A stretch of 64,000 nucleotides of DNA, taken from positions 3,360,001-3,424,000 of the forward strand of contig OZ240241.1 in the NCBI GenBank assembly GCA_965198115.1. Direction: 5' to 3'. Of this stretch, positions 35,948 to 45,845 are shown piece by piece; within the stretch, counting starts at the first letter, position 1, and each line of letters starts with the position of its first letter. The notes below the pieces were generated by a model. It was not told the DNA's origin and did no database searches. It was given only the letters and a program-made list of their open reading frames with translations. Origin of the DNA: Candidatus Latescibacterota bacterium. GTDB taxonomy: Bacteria; Latescibacterota; UBA2968. The translations under genes were made by a program, and so were the position numbers.

Positions 35948-37297
35948 TCACGCGGCAACCGACCGACCGTCTATGCCTTCTGGCACATCCATCCCCAGCA
36001 GACTGAACAGTGTGGGGAGAACATCGACCACCTGCATCGATTTCTCGGATAGTTCGGACCCGCGCGTGTAGAACATCGCATCATCGTAGGTGTGCGTGCC
36101 GCACACGGGGCTGGGTTCGAACAACACTTCTTTGTCGAATCCACCCTTCAGGTCGTAGCCCCGCGCCGGTCGCGCGATCAGGTCGGGAGACATTTCGAAC
36201 GCACCGCCCGAAAACAGCTCTTCGCGCCGGTAGACCTGCTCGATCACCGGCGCTCCGGTCTCGTCATCCCGGAGCGAGGCGAGCCCCTCGGCAATCTCAT
36301 CCCGCAGCCGTTCGTACTCGGCACCGGGCGCCACCGACCCCTCATACTCCCGCCCCCGCACCTTGAGGTAGATGCGACCCGGCAGCAGTGAGTAGCAACG
36401 CGTCGACGACGCCAAGTCACGCAACCCCTTCGGGTCGGATGACGCCAGTTGCAGGTAGCCGGCCTGTCGGAGCCAGTGGTTCAGGTGAACTTCCTTCTCG
36501 AGCGAGCAGAATCCGTGGTCGGACAGGATAAGCAGCGCGACCTCATCCGTCAGTGCGTCGACCAGACGACCGATCATTTCGTCGACGCGTTCATAAAATC
36601 GCAGGAACCAGGGTGCATAGCGTTCGCTCCCCGCTTCATAGTCCGCCCACAGGAAGTGGTGCAAGCGGTCCGTATCCATAATGTGGGCGACGAACAGATC
36701 CCACGGCTCCTGACCCAAAAACCGGAAAAGTGTCTGGCACCGTCGGTCGAACGCGTTGAAAAGCTCGTCGAGGAAAGCGTCCCGATCCTCGCGTGCCTGC
36801 CAGGCATCGATATCGATCACATAGCCCGCCGCCTCCAGCTCTCGCGCCAAATGAAGCGGATGCGTGGCGTTTTTCAAACTCGGCGCGAGGAATCCGGGAA
36901 TGAGCACCCCGTTGATCGGCTTGGGCGGATACGTTGCAGGCACGCCCATCGAGAACACCCGTTTTCCGGCTCGGTCGAAATGGTCGACCCACGTGGGCGC
37001 CAATATATGACGCGAGGTCGGGATGAACATTTCGTGCGTCAGTGGAACCCGGTCGATGAACCCGAAGATGTTGTGCTTCCCGGGGTTGCACCCGGTCGTT
37101 ATCGACGTCCACGCAACCGACGAGACGGTCGGCAGCACGGATCGCATCGGAACCAGCGTGCCGACATCCAGCAGGGCCGCAAAGTTGGGCATATGGCCGG
37201 CCTCGACCAGCTGGTTCATCAGGCTGAAGGGCGTGCCGTCCAGACCGAGGACCACCGTGCGGGTGAGGGCGCGGGGTGTTCGAGAGAAGAGGCGCAT
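35948..37297 (-). CDS. Alkaline phosphatase superfamily / nucleotide pyrophosphatase-phosphodiesterase
   Basis: VLGLDG, S.VAWTSI.TG.NPGKH, D...H and LSDHGF motifs. Confidence 0.85.
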   Translation of the reverse strand: MRLFSRTPRALTRTVVLGLDGTPFSLMNQLVEAGHMPNFAALLDVGTLVPMRSVLPTVSSVAWTSITTGCNPGKHNIFGFIDRVPLTHEMFIPTSRHILAPTWVDHFDRAGKRVFSMGVPATYPPKPINGVLIPGFLAPSLKNATHPLHLARELEAAGYVIDIDAWQAREDRDAFLDELFNAFDRRCQTLFRFLGQEPWDLFVAHIMDTDRLHHFLWADYEAGSERYAPWFLRFYERVDEMIGRLVDALTDEVALLILSDHGFCSLEKEVHLNHWLRQAGYLQLASSDPKGLRDLASSTRCYSLLPGRIYLKVRGREYEGSVAPGAEYERLRDEIAEGLASLRDDETGAPVIEQVYRREELFSGGAFEMSPDLIARPARGYDLKGGFDKEVLFEPSPVCGTHTYDDAMFYTRGSELSEKSMQVVDVLPTLFSLLGMDVPEGIDGRSVAA

Positions 37298-37371
37298 CTG
37301 CGCGGAAGGCAATAAAGAACCCTCGACCCGGGTATCCCGACTCGAGCCAAGGGTAGGATTCCTATAAAGAG

Positions 37372-37449
37372 TGGGGTGAGTGAGGGGATTTGAACCCCCG
37401 ACCTCCTGGGCCACAACCAGGCGCTCTAACCAACTGAGCTACACCCACC
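37372..37449 (-). tRNA. tRNA-His (GTG)
   Basis: Cloverleaf with anticodon GTG, G-1 pairing with discriminator C73, and encoded CCA. Confidence 0.96.
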
Positions 37450-37473
37450 ACAACGTTTCCGACAACGGAGACG

Positions 37474-37547
37474 CACTCCCGGCAGGACTCGAACCTGCGA
37501 CCTACTGCTTAGAAGGCAGTTGCTCTATCCACCTGAGCTACGGGAGC
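37474..37547 (-). tRNA. tRNA-Arg (TCT)
   Basis: Acceptor stem GCTCCCG/CGGGAGT, anticodon loop CTTCTAA, T-loop TTCGAGT; CCA not encoded. Confidence 0.95.
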
Positions 37548-37595
37548 TTACAGGGCCGCGAAAGAAGAAAAATGCGGCACTTCAAACAGTGGCTA

Positions 37596-37624
37596 ACAAT
37601 AGAAGTCTCAGTGACTTCTGTCAA
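37596..37624 (-). promoter_or_regulatory. Sigma-70 promoter of the tRNA-Arg/tRNA-His pair
   Basis: TTGACA-N17-TATTGT on the minus strand. Confidence 0.7.
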
Positions 37625-37649
37625 GTGAAAAGCCCTTGAACGGACGTGC

Positions 37650-38375
37650 TCAGGCAGCCTGTATAAGCCCTTTCCGGTAAGCGCAGACACGGCGCAATGG
37701 GCACGCTTCACAACCCGGGTTGCGTGCCGTACAGACGTTCTTTCCGAAGTCGATCAGATTCATGTGTAACACCCGTGCCTTCCCCGCGGGAATCAGCGGA
37801 CGGAGCACCTCGTGGGCTTTCTCTCTCCCGCACGTCGGATCGATCAGCGCCAGACGTCGCAGAATCCGGTGCACGTGGGTATCGACCGCACACAAATCCT
37901 TGCCGCAGGCGAATGCGAGGACGATGTAAGCGGTCTTCAACCCGATCCCTTTATGCTGAACGAGGAGAGCGATCCCCTCATCCGTGTCGAGGTCGGCGAG
38001 GAAAGCGAGATCGAGACGACCCCGTTCGGCCTTCAACCACCTGAGAAAGTCGCGAATCGCCGGTGCCTTGGTTTGAACAAGACCGGCCACGCGAATCAGC
38101 CGCTTGAGCGTCCGCAGATCGGATTCGAGCACGGCCTCCCACGACGGTAGGGTTTCGCGCAGGGCGGTGAAGGCTCGGTCTCGGTTTTCGTCAGTCGTAT
38201 TCTGCGACAGGATCGTGCGGACCACGTCGTCCAACGGATTAGGAGGTCGCCGCATCGCATCCCACGCAGAGCCCCCATATTGCCCGTCCAGCACATCGTA
38301 GACGCGACGGATAAGCCGACGCTTCTGCGAGGCTGTCTTAGAACCGGTTGCTTTAGTCGGTTTGGGTGCGGGCAC
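37650..38375 (-). CDS. nth: Endonuclease III-family DNA glycosylase (HhH-GPD with 4Fe-4S cluster)
   Basis: TILSQNTTD, GIGLKTA, VDTHVHRI and C-x6-C-x2-C-x5-C motifs; start approximate. Confidence 0.85.
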   Translation of the reverse strand: MPAPKPTKATGSKTASQKRRLIRRVYDVLDGQYGGSAWDAMRRPPNPLDDVVRTILSQNTTDENRDRAFTALRETLPSWEAVLESDLRTLKRLIRVAGLVQTKAPAIRDFLRWLKAERGRLDLAFLADLDTDEGIALLVQHKGIGLKTAYIVLAFACGKDLCAVDTHVHRILRRLALIDPTCGREKAHEVLRPLIPAGKARVLHMNLIDFGKNVCTARNPGCEACPLRRVCAYRKGLIQAA

Positions 38376-38419
38376 GGAAAAGTTGCGCGGGCGATCGCCC
38401 GCTGTGGGGCGACGGGGTT

Positions 38420-38770
38420 CTACGGGTGGGACGTCAGGAAGGTGTCCAGCCGATCCTCGGCGTCGTCTTCGAACCGGGCCAGCATCCAACCGGTAGACAG
38501 CTGCCCGTCGTCGGTACGCACAGCCCAGATGGGCTCGCCAAAGACTTTGACCGGCTCTTCCTCGGGTAGCTCGATGATCAGCGGTACTTCGCGGTCTCCA
38601 TCCGTCAGCGCGGCCAGCGAAAGCTGGCGCCCGATCTTCATCCGGATTCCAACGGTGGAGATGTCCTCGGTCCAGTAGTGCTCATCGTGTGTGCTGATCG
38701 TCACACGCAATCTCGCATCGACACGAGGATGACGACGTCGTCGACTGAATATTTTGGAAAGAAAGCTCAT
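38420..38770 (-). CDS. PilZ-domain protein
   Basis: RRRHPR (RxxxR) and DISTVG (DxSxxG) c-di-GMP-binding motifs. Confidence 0.75.
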   Translation of the reverse strand: MSFLSKIFSRRRRHPRVDARLRVTISTHDEHYWTEDISTVGIRMKIGRQLSLAALTDGDREVPLIIELPEEEPVKVFGEPIWAVRTDDGQLSTGWMLARFEDDAEDRLDTFLTSHP

Positions 38771-38780
38771 CGTCAGTCAT

Positions 38781-39407
38781 GACCTCCGGCAAAGCCGGAG
38801 GCTTGAAAACTTGTGAACCGCTCAAAGCGGTTGGAAACCAAGCGCCACCTAAAGGTGGCGATTACCTGAAAATGTTGAGCTGGTCGAGACTCAGGTCCTC
38901 CCGCTCCTGGTTCTGGATATACTCCCGAACCGTCTGTTCATCCTTGCCAACGGTGGAGACCCAGTAGCCTCTTGCCCAGAAATGCTGCCCGGTGAAGTTC
39001 GACCTAACCTACGTCCCAGATAGTTCCGAGCAATGTGAATCGCACTCTTTCCTTTGATGAACCCTACCGTCTGAGCTACTGAGTGCTTCGGCGGGATCGA
39101 AATCAACGTGTGCACATGGTCGGATTGCAGGTGACCCTCTTCCACACGGCATTCCTTCTGTGCGGCCAGATCCCGAATCACCTCGCCCAGATAGCGACGA
39201 ATTTCACCATACAACACTTTTCTACGATACTTCCGAACCCAAACAACGTCATACTTGCACTCCCATACCGTGTGACGTAGACTCCTTACGTTGTTCATTA
39301 GAGAGCCTTCCTTCCGTGTGCTTTGAGCGGTCCACGGCAAGGGAGGCCTCTTACATATTTCTGGAACTGTCAAACTCTGGGAGTCTCCCCGGCAGAGCCG
39401 GGGGCTT
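38781..39407 (-). mobile_element. IS200/IS605-family element (tnpA only)
   Basis: Subterminal hairpins CCTCCGGC-AAA-GCCGGAGG and CCCCGGC-AGA-GCCGGGG flanking a Y1 transposase gene; exact ends not determined. Confidence 0.8.
38862..39298 (-). pseudogene. tnpA: IS200 Y1 HUH transposase, frameshifted
   Basis: DHVH, GFIKGKSA, then FWARGY.VSTVG...REYIQNQ in another frame. A 5-bp tandem duplication at 39002-39011 causes the shift. Confidence 0.88.
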
Positions 39408-39546
39408 ACCAAGGTTTAGTTAAAGGTCGGACAAACCACCCGGGGGCTCGTCCCAACGGAAGATACTACACCCGTCCAGTCGCTAAATCCAGCGAAAAAT
39501 CGTCGCAAGCTCCTATGCTACCGGAGATTATAACGGTGACGGTTTC

Positions 39547-39575
39547 TTGACACGCGTGGGCGGGATCGCCATATT
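39547..39575 (+). promoter_or_regulatory. Sigma-70 promoter candidate for the TetR operon
   Basis: TTGACA-N17-CATATT. Confidence 0.55.
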
Positions 39576-39615
39576 TGGGAAGTTAACTTCATCCCCCCTT
39601 TCGACGAGAGCCACG

Positions 39616-40260
39616 ATGGGCCAAAAGCGGATGTCACACGAGGAGCGACGGCTACAGATCATCTCTGTGGCGACAGAGCTCTTCGCCAGCAAGGGTTTCC
39701 GTGGCGCAACGACTCGTGCCATCGCAGAAACCGCGGGAGTCTCCGAGGCCATCATTTTTCGTCATTTTGCCACAAAAGAGGATCTCTACGACGCCATCAT
39801 CACGTCGTCTCTCGAAAAAAGGCGTGAGCACTGGGACCGCGATGCCCTCATCGCCGACGCCAAAGACGACGATCTCGAAGGAATCCTCGTCAGGTTTGCC
39901 CATTCCGTCATCGTACGGAACAGGAGCGACCCGACCTTCATCCGGCTGATGATGTACAGTTCGCTCGAGGACCATAAATTCCGTCAGCGGTTTTTCGAAT
40001 CCTACCGTTCGCCGTTTTTCAAGCTCATCCGCCAGCGCATTACCGAAGGAATCGAGGCTGGTACGTTCGCTGACGTCGATCCCGCGATGACCACACGGTC
40101 GTTCTTCCGTACCCTCCTCCAGTACTGCATCGCCAGCTTCGTTGCCTCGCAGACACCGCCGGATTCGGCCGACGACGATGTCTTCATCAAAAACCTCGTC
40201 AAGGTTTATACCGGCGGCATCCACGCACGGCAAACAGATCCTGCGACGCTCCCCGCCTGA
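39616..40260 (+). CDS. TetR/AcrR-family transcriptional regulator
   Basis: HTH motif A.ELFA.KGF..ATTRAIA..AGVSEA.IFRHF.TKEDL. Confidence 0.93.
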   Translation: MGQKRMSHEERRLQIISVATELFASKGFRGATTRAIAETAGVSEAIIFRHFATKEDLYDAIITSSLEKRREHWDRDALIADAKDDDLEGILVRFAHSVIVRNRSDPTFIRLMMYSSLEDHKFRQRFFESYRSPFFKLIRQRITEGIEAGTFADVDPAMTTRSFFRTLLQYCIASFVASQTPPDSADDDVFIKNLVKVYTGGIHARQTDPATLPA

Positions 40261-40281
40261 GCGGTTTCGACCACGTTGCCC

Positions 40282-40779
40282 ATGAAGCTCGACGAAAACA
40301 CCAAGCGCTTCATCGGCATACTCGGCAAGATCCCTATGTTCCAGCGTCTGCTGCCGGTCCAGTCGCTCGAAATCCTCAAAATCTGCCGTCCAAGAACCAT
40401 CGACAACCTCGAGGTTCTGACCGAACACGGGAGCAAGAGCACGGAGATGTATATCCTTCTTTCCGGCCAGCTTTCTGTCCGGGGCCCCGCAGGCACGACG
40501 ATCGCCACCCTGACGCCGCTCACGTCGGTCGGAGAAATGGGCATCATTACGGGTCAGCCGAGGACGGCCACCGTCGTGTCCCTCGGCAAGAGCAACGTTT
40601 TCGAGATCAGCAAAATCAAGTTCGAGGTGATGCTTAAAAAATTTCCAGACATCGGCTTCGTGATTTTCCGCAACATCATCCTCACCCTGTCGAACCGGCT
40701 CGACAGCACGAATCAGCAGCTCACGGAAAAAAGCCGAGAAATCGAGCGACTGACCCCAGAGGGACAGGCCATCGCCTGA
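40282..40779 (+). CDS. Stand-alone cyclic nucleotide-binding domain protein
   Basis: MYILLSG and VGEMGII...PRTATV motifs; no HTH. Confidence 0.85.
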   Translation: MKLDENTKRFIGILGKIPMFQRLLPVQSLEILKICRPRTIDNLEVLTEHGSKSTEMYILLSGQLSVRGPAGTTIATLTPLTSVGEMGIITGQPRTATVVSLGKSNVFEISKIKFEVMLKKFPDIGFVIFRNIILTLSNRLDSTNQQLTEKSREIERLTPEGQAIA

Positions 40780-40785
40780 TCATCG

Positions 40786-42141
40786 ATGGCCATCGATCTT
40801 TCGTTCCTCGATTCGGGCAAGGCGATCCGCGATCCCATCTGGGGTTACATCCACGTCCCCTGGGACCTGATCGACCTCGTCGATTCCGAAGACTTCCAAC
40901 GTCTCCGCGACATCTCACAGCTCGGCCACGTTCTCCTCGTCTACCCCGGCGCGCGTCATTCGCGATTCGAACACTCCCTCGGCGTCTATCACCTGACCGG
41001 TCAGTTCGTCCGGCAGTTGCTTCGATCCGACCCCGGCCTCGACCTCTCCCTCGACGACGTCCGTGTGCTGCTGGCCGCAAGCCTGCTCCACGACCTCGGT
41101 CACTATCCGTTTTCGCATCTCCTCGAAGAGATGCAGGCGTTCTTCATCGACCACGAAACACGCGGGCGCCAGGTCATCCAGGACTCCGCGACCGAAGTGC
41201 ATACCGCCCTCCGACACGCCGGAATCGACCCAGGACGCGTCGCCAACGTGATCGACTACCGCAACGAGACCGTCGACATACCCCGCGAGGACTTGCGTCT
41301 GGCCCACATCCTGAGCGGCACCCTCGACCCCGACAAAGTCGACTACCTCCTGCGGGATGCCAGGTATTGCGGCGTACCCTTTGGAGAAAGCGTCAACCGC
41401 GATCGTCTGATCGGGTCGATCACCTACGACGCCCAGGCCGACCGTCCTGCAATCAACTACAAGGGGGTGTCGGCCGTCGAGGCTCTGATTTTCACGAGCT
41501 ACCTGATGTATCGAAACGTCTACTGGCACCACGCGGTGCGGTCGGCCAATGCGATGTTCAAGCGGGGCGTGCAGGATCTTCTCGCACACCCCAACTGCGG
41601 GCTGTCGGAGGCCGACTTTGTCCGATCGACCGAGGCCGATCTCGTCCATCGGCTAGAACAGGAGTTGCTGCGTCTGAGGCTCGACGTCCGTGACAGCATG
41701 GTGGGGCGTCTCAAACGACGAAAATTGCACAAGGTGAGCCGTGTGTTCGTTCCTTATGGCCGTCACGAGCCCCTGTTCGACTATTTTGCCAGACTCTACG
41801 AATACCCCGACGAGCGTCGGGCGCTGGAACAAGATCTTTGTCGTCACTTCGCCAAGTTGTCGGGACGTGAGCTGAGAGGAGACGAGATCCTGGTCGACAT
41901 CCCCCGTTTCACCAAAAGCCCCGAAATCGACCTCAAAGTGTTTTTCGGATCGCACGTTCCGGTCGGGAAATCCGACCCCCTATCGTTCGAAGACCCGGAG
42001 GTCTCGCTCCTCAAGGAATATCTGATCGGCAACTTCGAGACGCAGGCCAAGATCGTTCGGGTGTTCGCCGTCGACGATCCAGCGCTCCACGCGGCCCTGC
42101 GCGACGAAATCGGTGCCCGAATTCAGGCCGCAGCTGCCTAA
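40786..42141 (+). CDS. HD-domain phosphohydrolase (SAMHD1/dNTPase-like)
   Basis: IRDPIWG, FQRLRDISQLG, HSRFEHSLG, LLHDLGHYPFSH, D.DKVDYLLRD and MYRNVYWH motifs. Confidence 0.9.
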   Translation: MAIDLSFLDSGKAIRDPIWGYIHVPWDLIDLVDSEDFQRLRDISQLGHVLLVYPGARHSRFEHSLGVYHLTGQFVRQLLRSDPGLDLSLDDVRVLLAASLLHDLGHYPFSHLLEEMQAFFIDHETRGRQVIQDSATEVHTALRHAGIDPGRVANVIDYRNETVDIPREDLRLAHILSGTLDPDKVDYLLRDARYCGVPFGESVNRDRLIGSITYDAQADRPAINYKGVSAVEALIFTSYLMYRNVYWHHAVRSANAMFKRGVQDLLAHPNCGLSEADFVRSTEADLVHRLEQELLRLRLDVRDSMVGRLKRRKLHKVSRVFVPYGRHEPLFDYFARLYEYPDERRALEQDLCRHFAKLSGRELRGDEILVDIPRFTKSPEIDLKVFFGSHVPVGKSDPLSFEDPEVSLLKEYLIGNFETQAKIVRVFAVDDPALHAALRDEIGARIQAAAA

Positions 42142-42178
42142 GACAGGCCACAACCCCTTGTTTTCTTGTGCCTTAAAC

Positions 42179-42207
42179 TTGACACAACCCGGGAGTGGTC
42201 GTAAATT
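42179..42207 (+). promoter_or_regulatory. Sigma-70 promoter candidate
   Basis: TTGACA-N17-TAAATT upstream of the M23 peptidase gene. Confidence 0.6.
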
Positions 42208-42260
42208 CGGCTGACTGAATACGTTGTCTTGCAGTAGGCATCCTGATTGTCCGAGGACGT

Positions 42261-43199
42261 ATGGCTCGCAAGTTCATCACCTTTATGGTCATTCCGCACA
42301 ACGAAGACCACGTGCGGGAAGTCAACTGTTCCCGCCCCCTGCTCTACGGGGCTGCTGTGGCAATCGCGCTCTTTCTGGTCTCCTTCAGTCTACTGGCCTA
42401 CGGGTTCCTTACCGGGCTCGGTGCCGAAACCGCCCATCGGGCGCTCGCCATCGAAAACGCCGAGCTCGAGACACACCTCTCGCGGCTGCACGGAGGTCTC
42501 ACCCAACTTCGTGGACAAATCGACGACCTGTCGCAATCGGACCGTCAGATGCGGGCCTACACCAGCCTCACCGAACCGGGCTCCGAAGTGCGACAGATGG
42601 GCGTGGGCGGCGTCGAGGCACCCGAGGCGCCGTGGGACGACAAGGTCTCGTTCGAGAACGCCCTTCGGTTGGAAGAAAACTACACCGACCTCGACCAACT
42701 CGTGCGCGAAGCGCGATTCCTCGAATCCAGCTTCGATTCGATTCTCGCCACACTCGAGCGCGATCAGATGATTCGTCTTCACACACCATCGATCTTTCCA
42801 GTCAAGGGTGAAGGCTGGCCCTCGTCGTCGTTCGGTTACCGGCAGGATCCTTTCACCGGCCAGCGGTCGTTCCACAACGGAATGGACATCGCCGGCCGAA
42901 CGGGTACATCCATCGTCGCCACTGCCGACGGCATCGTCGATCAGGCACGCTACGACCGACGGCTCGGACACTACGTCAGCATCGCACACGCGGGCGGGGT
43001 TCGCACCGTCTACGGCCACCTGATCGGACACAAGGACGTCAAAAAAGGCCAACAGATCGCACGGGGTGACGCCATCGGAAGGATGGGCAAGTCCGGCAGA
43101 ACGACGGCCACGCACGTGCATTATGGCATCAGCATCAACGGACGCGCCGTCGATCCCTCCCGCTACATCCTCGACACACGTCGGTCCCGGTCCTTCTAA
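42261..43199 (+). CDS. M23-family peptidoglycan endopeptidase
   Basis: Transmembrane helix, coiled coil, then HNGMD, YGHL and HVHY motifs. Confidence 0.92.
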   Translation: MARKFITFMVIPHNEDHVREVNCSRPLLYGAAVAIALFLVSFSLLAYGFLTGLGAETAHRALAIENAELETHLSRLHGGLTQLRGQIDDLSQSDRQMRAYTSLTEPGSEVRQMGVGGVEAPEAPWDDKVSFENALRLEENYTDLDQLVREARFLESSFDSILATLERDQMIRLHTPSIFPVKGEGWPSSSFGYRQDPFTGQRSFHNGMDIAGRTGTSIVATADGIVDQARYDRRLGHYVSIAHAGGVRTVYGHLIGHKDVKKGQQIARGDAIGRMGKSGRTTATHVHYGISINGRAVDPSRYILDTRRSRSF

Positions 43200-43274
43200 C
43201 AGCCAACCGCGCGTACACGCATAGGGGGCCGTGTCGCTTTGACACCGCCCCCTATTTCTTTCCGATTCCGGCTC

Positions 43275-44339
43275 TCAGGTATGGGCTCGTCTGAGGAGGA
43301 CAATTCCAACCACCAGAAACACGAGGTCGGGTGCCCACGCCGCTACCAAGGGCCCGACGATCCCGTTCCACCCCATCGCGCGGCTTGCCTGCAGACTCCC
43401 GTAAAACAAAAAGCTCGTGAGCAAACAGATACCGATCTGGAGCGGCCGGCCCGTTCGACCCGTGTAGGAAGACATCGGCAACCCCAGCAGGACCATCACG
43501 AACGCAGCACACGCGAAGGCCGATCGCAGCTCCAGGTCCACGCTTTCGCGCAGTGCCTCCCCCCCGTTTCTCAGCCGACGCTCGATCAGCTGCTTCAAGG
43601 CTTTCGTGCCCAGTTGCTCGACTGGCCGCGCTTCGCGTGAAAGATCGGCGGGCAACAACGTAAGCGCGAGAACACGAAGTGAATCGAACGGCACCACACG
43701 TTCTCGATCGTGTTCGAAAATCCGCGTCTCTCCCCGAACGAAAACCCACGACGAACCCACCCACGCCAACTCCTCCGCCCGAATTTTCTTTCTCAGCACG
43801 CGCCCGACATACTGATCCAGCGTCACGCGACGACCCTTGCGCTGATCGGATCGATACTCCGCGAGCGAAACAACCTGGCCGTCCACATCGCGAACGACGA
43901 CCTGCGCGCGTCTTCCCGGCGCCCTTCGCTGCGCACCCTCATCGAACGCAGCACGACGACGGTTCGCTGTCGGAATCCATTCCTGCGACAGACCGAACGC
44001 AACGCCGCTCACGACCGCCGAAAACACGAGAACCGGCATCACGATGCGGAAGAGCGGAATCCCGGCGGCCTTCATCGCGGCTAGTTCGTTCTGCCGAGCG
44101 AGCCCACCGAGACAAAACAGGCTGGCAAGCAGACTCGCCATCGGTAGAGTCACAAAAGCGAAGTAAGGGACCGACCAGGCGTAGTAGAAAGCGATCGACG
44201 ATGCGGCCACGTCACGGTCGAGAAAAGAGCTGATACGGTTGGCCAGATCCACGACGACAAAGATGGCGACGAAACCACCCGAGCTGAACACGAGCGGTTG
44301 AACGAACCGCCACAGCACGTATCGACTCAAGATCCTCAA
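43275..44339 (-). CDS. lptG: LPS export ABC permease LptG
   Basis: ILSRYV start, NELAAMKAAGI and AAW.P motifs; TTG start overlaps the lptF stop codon. Confidence 0.85.
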   Translation of the reverse strand: MRILSRYVLWRFVQPLVFSSGGFVAIFVVVDLANRISSFLDRDVAASSIAFYYAWSVPYFAFVTLPMASLLASLFCLGGLARQNELAAMKAAGIPLFRIVMPVLVFSAVVSGVAFGLSQEWIPTANRRRAAFDEGAQRRAPGRRAQVVVRDVDGQVVSLAEYRSDQRKGRRVTLDQYVGRVLRKKIRAEELAWVGSSWVFVRGETRIFEHDRERVVPFDSLRVLALTLLPADLSREARPVEQLGTKALKQLIERRLRNGGEALRESVDLELRSAFACAAFVMVLLGLPMSSYTGRTGRPLQIGICLLTSFLFYGSLQASRAMGWNGIVGPLVAAWAPDLVFLVVGIVLLRRAHT

Positions 44340-45628
44340 CCCGGCCTCCGGGCAAGACGCACGAGCATCAGGACACCCACGGCCCCGAGCAGTAGATTGG
44401 GGCTCCACATCGAAAACCAGGGCGCGATAAATCCCCTGTCCGCCAGTTTTTCCCCGCCGATGAGGAACAGCCAGTAGACCAGAAAGAAGGCGATGCTGAT
44501 AGCCGCGGCGACCGTCGGACCCCCTCGTCGCACTCTGAATCCCACGGGCGCCCCGATCAGGACGAACACCAGACACGCCGCAGGGATCGAGAACTTCTTG
44601 TGAACTTCCACGCGGAGACGATCCGCCTGACGACGCTTGTGGGCGGCCAGGGTGGCGTCGGCCTGCGCGCGCGAGGTTACGAACCTGAAGTCCGTGACCC
44701 CACCCGGTGCGCGGGGGCCGCGTGTCGTCACCTCCTCGAACTCCGTTCCCAACAGCGCTCGCCGGACGAACTTCCGCCATCGCCCCAAACCTTCGGTCTC
44801 CAGAGCCGAGGCCTCCTGCTCGTATTCGGCGACACGCGCCCACATCGTACCCACACCCATCTCCCGATCGTTACGATAGCTCGAAACGGTTCGCGACAAC
44901 CGGCGACCTGCCTCTCCCAAACGAAGGGTCAGTGTGCCGAACGAACCCGACACATACAGGTCGGGCGAGGCTTCGTCCACACGATCGATCGATCCAGTGT
45001 GGAGGGTCAGAACGGCCTCGTCCCGGTCCGTGGCGAAAGTCAGGTGACCACGGCTCGCACGAATCGTCGTCGGGTAGCCCCCCGCATCGTACTTGTAGAT
45101 CAGCACATCGCGCAGCGTCGACGTGGCCCCTTCGATCTCGCCGATCAGAATGTGGTAGTTCGAAAAGTCCTGGATGAAAACACCGGCCCGTCCCTTGAGC
45201 GAGACGGTCGGACGTTTTCGATGGATGTCCATGACCAGCAGGCGCGCCTGGTGGTTGAAATCGGGCAGGATGCGGTCGTTGAACCACACGAGGACCACGG
45301 CCACGACGGCGCCGACTCCCAGGGCCGGCCAGACGAGCTGGTGAAACCCCACTCCGAGCGCCCGCATCGCCGTGATTTCGTTGTCGCCGCTCAGACGCCC
45401 GAACGCCATCAGACTTCCGACCAGAATCGACATCGGGGCGGCGAGGGCCACCTGCCAGGCCGTGTGCAGGAAGAACAGCTCCCCTGCCACACCGAGCGAA
45501 ACCCCACGCCCGAGCATCAGATCGGCTGCCTGCAAGATCGTGTCCAGCACCAGCAGGAACATAATGACCGAAAAGGCGAACAGAACCGGAACCAGGTGCT
45601 CCCTCACCACATACCTGGCAAGTACCAT
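44336..45628 (-). CDS. lptF: LPS export ABC permease LptF
   Basis: FGRLSGDNEITAMRALG, EVHKKFSIPAAC and MWSPN motifs. Confidence 0.87.
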   Translation of the reverse strand: MVLARYVVREHLVPVLFAFSVIMFLLVLDTILQAADLMLGRGVSLGVAGELFFLHTAWQVALAAPMSILVGSLMAFGRLSGDNEITAMRALGVGFHQLVWPALGVGAVVAVVLVWFNDRILPDFNHQARLLVMDIHRKRPTVSLKGRAGVFIQDFSNYHILIGEIEGATSTLRDVLIYKYDAGGYPTTIRASRGHLTFATDRDEAVLTLHTGSIDRVDEASPDLYVSGSFGTLTLRLGEAGRRLSRTVSSYRNDREMGVGTMWARVAEYEQEASALETEGLGRWRKFVRRALLGTEFEEVTTRGPRAPGGVTDFRFVTSRAQADATLAAHKRRQADRLRVEVHKKFSIPAACLVFVLIGAPVGFRVRRGGPTVAAAISIAFFLVYWLFLIGGEKLADRGFIAPWFSMWSPNLLLGAVGVLMLVRLARRPG

Positions 45629-45845
45629 CAGTGGCCCAACCTGTTGAAATTGATTCAGTTAGAGTAAAGCAACCTAAAATGAATATAGGCTAACCGCCCG
45701 CCTGGGGGGAAGTCGTCGTCACCTGCTTTTCGCTTGCCGGAGCGCCGGGGTTGGGCTATTTTTTTGCCATCCCCGCAGACGCAAGTCCATTTCCTCGCTT
45801 AACTTCCGTCATTCCGGTGGAGACGTCGCCTCAAAGGTCCTGCAC

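Noticed and set aside
37372-37547. Genomic island integrated at the tRNA genes
   Set aside because: I found no integrase and no duplicated tRNA 3-prime end in the window.
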